DNA of 36,691 nucleotides from a virus: IMG/VR virus record IMGVR_UViG_3300045988_081277, positions 1 to 36,691 of that record; one strand, 5' to 3'. Shown piece by piece: positions 31,997 to 36,691 of this stretch (position 1 is its first letter; each line of letters starts with the position of its first letter). The notes under the pieces were generated by a model. It saw only the letters and a program-made list of their open reading frames with translations, ran no database searches and was not told where the DNA came from. The position numbers and the translations under genes were made by a program.

Positions 31997-32674
31997 ATGC
32001 AAAGTGAAAATTTAGATAAGTTATTCAAAGGTATGAATACCTTCAGAAGTCAATTAAAACAACCAGCAAAGGACGCAAAGAACCCGTTCTTTAAATCTAA
32101 TTACGTAACACTTGAAGGCGTTCAAAACGCAATAGATGCAGCTATTAAGGGCACAGGGCTTGCATATACTCAAATCGTTAAGAACGACGATAACGGCAAT
32201 GTGGGAGTTGAGACAATCATCACTCATGAAAGTGGACAATATCTTACTACTGGGGTTCTTGCATTACGCCCAGAAAAAGCAACTCCTCAAGGTTATGGCT
32301 CTACTATCACATACGCCAAACGTTATCAATTAGCTTCAGCGTTCGGTGTCAGTTCAGATGTTGACGACGATGGAGATGCTGGAAGTGGAAACTTTAAGAC
32401 ACCATCAAAAGGGAACTATCAGCAAAATAATTATCAACAAAGTTATCAACAGCCGAGGCGACAAGTACAACAGAAACAGGTAAGCCCAGAAGTTGAGTAT
32501 AGCAACTTATTTAATAAAGTATTAGAAACTCTAGGAACTGATAAAGATGATTTACAGGCTCGAATAAATGGCCAATTAACTCAAATGTTCCCTAATGACA
32601 CAAAAACAGCGGATAAGTTCAAACATGGGATCATGATTTTAAAAGGGCTCATAGAAAACGAGGCTAATAAATAA
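31997..32674 (+). CDS. ERF-family single-strand annealing protein
   Basis: KNPFFKSNYVTLEGVQNAID... and TPQGYGSTITYAKRYQLASAFGV are typical ERF motifs. RBS aaggaggacaaataatATG. Confidence 0.8.
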   Translation: MQSENLDKLFKGMNTFRSQLKQPAKDAKNPFFKSNYVTLEGVQNAIDAAIKGTGLAYTQIVKNDDNGNVGVETIITHESGQYLTTGVLALRPEKATPQGYGSTITYAKRYQLASAFGVSSDVDDDGDAGSGNFKTPSKGNYQQNNYQQSYQQPRRQVQQKQVSPEVEYSNLFNKVLETLGTDKDDLQARINGQLTQMFPNDTKTADKFKHGIMILKGLIENEANK

Positions 32675-33348
32675 TGTTTGGCAAGTTGATCAGCATACAA
32701 GGAAACGTGCTTAAAATCATCCCTGACGAAGATTTAGATATAGCTAAGGTAAATAGACTTGCTAACGGTAAAAAGCCCACAGTCGAGCTGAAAATAGCCG
32801 ATAACAGGAAGATAAGCCCAGAACAACGCAAAAAAATATTTGCATTGATTAATGATCTATGTTCTTACACTGGAGACGTTCCAGAATATTGGGAGTCAGT
32901 ATTTAAGTATCAAGTACGAGAAACATTTGGAGCAGATGAGTTCAGCTTGTCTGACTGCTCCGTTACAACAGGGAATTACATGATCTTGGTAATTTTAAAT
33001 TTCCTGTTTGAAGAAGATATACCTTTCAAAACTAAAACATGGGATAGCTTACCAAGTGAGTTTCCAAAACAAATGTTGTGCCTTAAAAATAGGCGCTGTG
33101 TGTTATGTGGCAAGCATGCAGATATTGCGCATTATCATGCGGTAGGCGCTGGCAGGAACCGGAATAAGATCAGCCATGTAGGCAACTACATTATGACTTT
33201 GTGTAGAGAACACCACACAGAGCAGCATCAAGTTGGCTTGAGGAGCTTTCTCTTGAAGTACCATATAAAGCCTATCAAGGTTACAGAAGATATAGCAAAA
33301 CAATTTAAATTAGGAGTGATAGATAATGACATTACCAGAATTGATTGA
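32674..33348 (+). CDS. HNH-like nuclease-domain protein (DUF968-type)
   Basis: It contains CVLCGKHADIAHYHAVGAGRNRNKISHVGNYIMTLCREHHTEQH. Confidence 0.6.
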   Translation: MFGKLISIQGNVLKIIPDEDLDIAKVNRLANGKKPTVELKIADNRKISPEQRKKIFALINDLCSYTGDVPEYWESVFKYQVRETFGADEFSLSDCSVTTGNYMILVILNFLFEEDIPFKTKTWDSLPSEFPKQMLCLKNRRCVLCGKHADIAHYHAVGAGRNRNKISHVGNYIMTLCREHHTEQHQVGLRSFLLKYHIKPIKVTEDIAKQFKLGVIDNDITRID

Positions 33349-33514
33349 ACTAAAACAGAAAATAGACGTTTACAAGCATCTGCTTTATGGCGAAGCAATG
33401 GGAGTAACCCCACCAGAAACGAAGTTTAACATTTGGTTATCAGATTTTGAAGTTGCACAAGAAAAGCTATCAAATTTCATCTTAGAAAACGAGGGCAGTG
33501 ATATAATCTTTTAG
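33326..33514 (+). CDS. Hypothetical protein
   Basis: ttaggagtgatagataATG; overlaps the upstream gene. Confidence 0.5.
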   Translation: MTLPELIELKQKIDVYKHLLYGEAMGVTPPETKFNIWLSDFEVAQEKLSNFILENEGSDIIF

Positions 33515-33578
33515 AAGCTAAGTCAGTGAACTTACAACACCGAACGGGTGGAAAGCCCATTAGGAAGGAATGATATAA

Positions 33579-34406
33579 ATGTCAGATGAACCAAGTTATT
33601 TCTCTATCTTAACTGCCAATGTTAGGTACGACAAAAGGCTAAGTGCAAACGAAAAATTATTATTTAGTGAAATTACTGCTTTATCCAATAAGCACGGTTA
33701 TTGTACTGCTAGAAATGGATATTTCTCAAAACTTTACAATGTTTCGGACAGAAGTATTACACGCTGGATCAAACACCTAAAAGAGCTCGAATACTTAAAA
33801 TATGTGCCAATTTATAAAGAAGGTTCCAAAGAAGTGGTCGAAAGAAGATTGTATCCGTTAGCTAATCCAAAAGACCCCTTAGACAAAAATGTCAAAGACC
33901 CCTTAGACAAAAACGTCTTGGGGGGTAGACAAAAGTGTCTTAAACCCCTAGACAGAAATGTCGAGGATAATAATATAAATAATAATAATATAAATAATAA
34001 TATAAATACTACTACTACTGGGCCAACTGAAGTTGGATCAATATACGAGTTTTGGGAGTCAAACGTTGGCAGCTTATCACCTTATCTGTATGAGGAAATT
34101 CAAGCTATCTATGAAGATTGGTCGGAAGTATCTAAACAACCTAAAGAGATGATACTTGAAGCCATCAAAATGGCACTTGATAAGGGAATACGAAATATCA
34201 AGTATATCAAAGCTATCTTAAAACGCTGGTATGACAATCATATATACAACATTGAGGACTTAAAAGCAGATCAAGAACAATTCGAGAAAAACAAAGAAAA
34301 TAAATACAACAAACAAACTAGGAAAGGCAATGCAGCTGGATACGATGCGAAACAATGGACGTATCTGTCTGAAGAAGAAGAAATGAGGCGATTTTTTGGC
34401 GATTAA
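33579..34406 (+). CDS. Replisome organizer / DnaD-domain replication initiation protein
   Basis: It has an N-terminal winged-helix-like part (LSANEKLLFSEITALSNKHGYCTARNGYFSKLY) and a C-terminal DnaD/DnaB_2 domain (IYEFWESNVG...YIKAILKRW). Internal iterons are present. Confidence 0.8.
   Translation: MSDEPSYFSILTANVRYDKRLSANEKLLFSEITALSNKHGYCTARNGYFSKLYNVSDRSITRWIKHLKELEYLKYVPIYKEGSKEVVERRLYPLANPKDPLDKNVKDPLDKNVLGGRQKCLKPLDRNVEDNNINNNNINNNINTTTTGPTEVGSIYEFWESNVGSLSPYLYEEIQAIYEDWSEVSKQPKEMILEAIKMALDKGIRNIKYIKAILKRWYDNHIYNIEDLKADQEQFEKNKENKYNKQTRKGNAAGYDAKQWTYLSEEEEMRRFFGD
33870..33962 (+). repeat. Four direct iterons (22-24 nt) inside the organizer gene; putative phage ori
   Basis: aaagaccccttagacaaaaatgtc / aaagaccccttagacaaaaacgtc / ttggggggtagacaaaagtgtc / ttaaacccctagacagaaatgtc. 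An AT-rich aataatataaat tandem tract follows at 33967..34008. Confidence 0.7.
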
Positions 34407-35232
34407 AACAACAGGAGATATTTTCTCTCAAATGATGAAAAGACTATTTATTGAAGTAGGAGATTGCCCACAATGTGGGGGTAAGCTACTAGTACCTAAA
34501 GCGAAGCAAACAGTACCGCCAACGTGTCCAACCTGTGCATACAGTGATAGAAATTTAAGGAAGAACAATACAGAAGAAACATGGAGCGCGGAAGCTCAAA
34601 AGAACAAAGCCACAGGGGCGTTCTTAGATAATTCTATCCTGCCAAGCCTAAAGATGATGGGAGCAACGTTTTATAACTTGGATCTCTATTCAAACGATAT
34701 CAAGGAAGTTACCAGAATTGCTAAAGATATAGCTAACAGGTTATCAAAGCCACAGCATAGCCCGGCACATTCGTTATTTTCTGGAAGCTCAGGACGTGGA
34801 AAAACAAGAACAGCAGTATCCATTATCAACGAAGTATGGCGTTTAACCGGTTATAAGAGGAGCGTTGTATTTATTGATTATCCGTTGCTTGTGTCAACTC
34901 AAAGGCTAGGGATCAACGACAGCGAGGCACGTAAAAAAGTGGATAAGGCTATTCATAAAGCCAAGCAGGCTGATTTATTGATCATTGATGATATTGGGTC
35001 AGAAAGCCAAATGAATAGTGGCTGGAACAAGGAAGTCTTTAACGAAATTATGCGGTTTAGGGAAGATAAAGATGTGATTGTCACAACCAATGTTCCACCT
35101 AAAGAATTAGTTAATCTTTACAGTGAGCAAACTATATCAAGACTTAGGAAACACGCTAGAGGCAACTATATTTTATTCAAAGATAGCATAAAGGATTATA
35201 GAAGCGTACAGCATAAGAACGTGGAGGAATAG
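34396..35232 (+). CDS. DnaC/IstB-like AAA+ helicase loader with N-terminal zinc ribbon
   Basis: It contains CPQCGG...CPTCAY, Walker A GSSGRGKTRT and Walker B LLIIDDIG. The start is TTG 34396 or ATG 34432. Confidence 0.8.
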   Translation: MAIKTTGDIFSQMMKRLFIEVGDCPQCGGKLLVPKAKQTVPPTCPTCAYSDRNLRKNNTEETWSAEAQKNKATGAFLDNSILPSLKMMGATFYNLDLYSNDIKEVTRIAKDIANRLSKPQHSPAHSLFSGSSGRGKTRTAVSIINEVWRLTGYKRSVVFIDYPLLVSTQRLGINDSEARKKVDKAIHKAKQADLLIIDDIGSESQMNSGWNKEVFNEIMRFREDKDVIVTTNVPPKELVNLYSEQTISRLRKHARGNYILFKDSIKDYRSVQHKNVEE

Positions 35233-35236
35233 AAAA

Positions 35237-35455
35237 ATGGATAACAAAACAAAATTAGATGTAGCTATCAGTTTACTAAGAATGGCTAGAGAACAAATGA
35301 GCCTTGAACCCAGGTATTTCAACCAGACTAGATTTAAAGATGAAATTAAAGAAGCTAGGCGTTTACAGGCTGATGTTTTAAGGGGCTTGTCGTATAGCGA
35401 TGCTTCAGTTTTTGAAGAGCTAAGAGAAAACGAGGAGGAAGGCTTGTATGACTAA
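35237..35455 (+). CDS. Hypothetical protein
   Basis: ORF after ggaggaatagaaaaATG. Confidence 0.6.
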   Translation: MDNKTKLDVAISLLRMAREQMSLEPRYFNQTRFKDEIKEARRLQADVLRGLSYSDASVFEELRENEEEGLYD

Positions 35456-35681
35456 CGAATACGAACAAGGTCAAAAGGATATGCTAGCACTGATTAAAGA
35501 CGCATACTATAAAGCCGACAAATCAGAGTTTGAACGCTTGCTTGATACAGGTGACGAGAACGAAGTACAAGAATTCTTAAGGCGCGATTATATCCAGCAA
35601 GGTATGAAAATTGAAAGAACTAGACTTTTAGGAGAGATAAGAGAACTTGCAAGGAAGTATGGAATTGATATTAAGCGTTGA
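35448..35681 (+). CDS. Hypothetical protein
   Basis: Overlapping start after gaggaggaagg. Confidence 0.6.
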   Translation: MTNEYEQGQKDMLALIKDAYYKADKSEFERLLDTGDENEVQEFLRRDYIQQGMKIERTRLLGEIRELARKYGIDIKR

Positions 35682-35835
35682 ATAGCAAGAGCAAAAAGCA
35701 CATCAAAGAAAGAACACATCAGACGCACAAAAAGGTATGCTAGAGCAATTTTAAACCTGTTCTAGTATAATTATATCAAAAACGCGTTAAACGTCTTAAA
35801 CGACGCTATATGAGTTTTGAGGAGATAGTAAAAAA

Positions 35836-36249
35836 ATGAAATTGATATTTAATATTGAACCACAACAGCAAGAACGGCCTAGAGCAACAGGGCGCGGCAA
35901 ATTTATTCGAATGTATGATCCACCTAAAACAGCAAAATTCAAGAAACAGTTGCGAGCATTGGCGACAGAAATATATCACGATGCACCACTTGAAGGCGAA
36001 ATTTATCTTAAGGTAGCCTTCTATCGAAAGATCCAAAAGAGTATATCGAAAAAAGAACACGACAGACGGGCCTCAGGAGCACACAGACCGATTGTAAAAC
36101 CTGATCTTTCAAACAGTCTCAAAGCGTTTGAAGATGCTTTAAACGGGATTATATGGGCAGATGACGCGATGATCGTTCACGAAGAAATCGATAAGTATTA
36201 TTCAGACGAACCAAGAATAGAAGTTGAAATTAAAGTAAAGGAGGTCTAA
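35836..36249 (+). CDS. rusA: RusA-family Holliday junction resolvase
   Basis: It contains ...ERPRATGRG..., KPDLSNSLKAFEDALNGIIWADDAMI. Confidence 0.85.
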   Translation: MKLIFNIEPQQQERPRATGRGKFIRMYDPPKTAKFKKQLRALATEIYHDAPLEGEIYLKVAFYRKIQKSISKKEHDRRASGAHRPIVKPDLSNSLKAFEDALNGIIWADDAMIVHEEIDKYYSDEPRIEVEIKVKEV

Positions 36250-36312
36250 AAAAAATGAAGCATTTAAGCAAAATCAAATTTAAATATTCAAACTGATTAA
36301 CAATGTAGAATA

Positions 36313-36407
36313 GTTTTAAAAGGCTCTCAGAGGACGATACAGACGTTTTAAACAGTTCTGAGTATAATTAACCATAGAAGTTTCAAAAGCTCTTAGAAGA
36401 CAATTTT
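36313..36407 (+). repeat. Pair of direct repeats of about 28 nt (36313.. and 36380..) flanking a TATAAT-containing box
   Basis: GTTTTAAAAGGCTCTCAGAGGACGAT versus GTTTCAAAAG-CTCTTAGAAGACAAT. The box between them (36342..36370) resembles 35744..35775. Confidence 0.6.
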
Positions 36408-36457
36408 AGGGGCTTTTATTTTTTTACACAAAAATATATTTTTTTAGCAAAAAAGTG

Positions 36458-36485
36458 TTGACAAGTAATATATACGTGTTATGAT
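36458..36485 (+). promoter_or_regulatory. Strong early promoter (TTGACA, 16 nt, TGtTATGAT)
   Basis: It has a consensus -35 and an extended -10, and is preceded by a T-rich terminator-like tract. Confidence 0.7.
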
Positions 36486-36508
36486 AAAAGTGTAATCAAA
36501 AGCAAGGG

Positions 36509-36546
36509 GCTTCAGAAGAATGTTAAATCGACGAGGCTAAGGTTAC
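36509..36546 (+). repeat. Solitary CRISPR-repeat-like unit, copy B, in the leader of the early transcript
   Basis: The sequence is GCTTCAGAAGAATGTTAAATCGACGAGGCTAAGGTTAC. It starts about 17 nt after the predicted TSS. Its core matches copy A. Confidence 0.4.
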
Positions 36547-36571
36547 GAAATAAGATAAACCGGAGGTAAAT

Positions 36572-36688
36572 ATCATTTTATCAGCAGCAGTATGTAGTAT
36601 GTTATTAGCAGGATGTGGAGCAAACACAAGCCACACAAAAACAAGCTCGTTAGAGCTTGTAAGTGAGGGCTATCCCTCCAGTGGTTAA
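36572..36688 (+). CDS. Very small lipobox-containing ORF without a canonical start codon (possible lipoprotein remnant)
   Basis: ccGGAGGtaaat-ATC-ATT-TTA...; (I)ILSAAVCSMLLAGCGANTSHTKTSSLELVSEGYPSSG*. LLAGC is a lipobox, and the only ATG lies inside the signal peptide. Confidence 0.3.
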   Translation: MILSAAVCSMLLAGCGANTSHTKTSSLELVSEGYPSSG

Positions 36689-36691
36689 AAC
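36663..36691. repeat. Terminal direct repeat (copy of 1..29)
   Basis: Identical 29-mer. Confidence 0.9.

Noticed and set aside
36255-36296. 13-codon ORF (MKHLSKIKFKYSN) directly after rusA.
   Set aside because: It is too short and nothing beyond the ATG supports it. The AGGAGG upstream belongs to the end of the rusA coding sequence.
36313-36546. A genuine mini-CRISPR array formed by the repeats at 36313, 36380 and 36509.
   Set aside because: Spacing is irregular (67 nt and 129 nt). The repeats are only partly similar to each other, and a promoter and a terminator lie between them. There are no cas genes and no leader.
1-36691. A lysogeny module (integrase, CI repressor, attP), tRNA or rRNA genes, or a toxin-antitoxin pair.
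   Set aside because: None of the listed translations shows tyrosine or serine recombinase motifs or a CI-type repressor with a peptidase domain. All small HTH proteins are Cro-sized. No cloverleaf or rRNA-like sequence was recognised.

Overview
The window is one complete, circularly closed (or circularly permuted) siphovirus-type dsDNA phage genome. Bases 1..29 are identical to 36663..36691, which looks like an assembly overlap, so the unique length is about 36.66 kb. Every credible gene is on the + strand.

Gene content suggests a Lactobacillaceae-type host: an LL-H-family holin, a GH25 muramidase with an SH3b-like C-terminus, a BppU-type baseplate protein and an ArpU-type late regulator. 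This host assignment is inference only.

Modules in order:
- Early/accessory genes (55..3559) and the ArpU regulator (3647..4087).
- An ORF-free structured region of about 500 nt with its own promoter and terminator (4149..4559).
- An orphan N6-adenine methyltransferase, terS, and terL (interrupted by one in-frame TGA).
- Portal, head morphogenesis, scaffold and capsid genes.
- Head-tail joining genes, one of them split by a 981-nt intron-like insert carrying an HNH endonuclease.
- Major tail protein, G/GT chaperones with a canonical -1 slippery site, tape measure, Dit, Tal, BppU-type baseplate/RBP genes.
- Lysis cassette.
- A series of separately promoted and terminated early cassettes (24.9..30.7 kb). 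These hold three Cro-like HTH genes, three of the genome's four antirepressor-type genes (the fourth is at 55..825), a very acidic protein and a membrane-anchored protein.
- Replication/recombination module: Gp157-like, ERF, HNH-like, DnaD-type organizer with internal iterons, DnaC-like loader, RusA.

No integrase, CI-type repressor, tRNA, rRNA or CRISPR array was seen.

Most interesting observations:
1. Two to three solitary sequences resemble the 5' handle of type II-A CRISPR repeats of lactobacilli. They sit in non-coding or leader positions and are candidate repeat-mimic RNAs.
2. An independently transcribed, hairpin-rich non-coding RNA candidate of about 370 nt lies between arpU and the packaging genes.
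3. A small RNA candidate of about 65 nt has its own promoter and terminator.
4. A group-I-intron-like element sits in the HK97-gp10-like gene.
5. terL carries an in-frame TGA.
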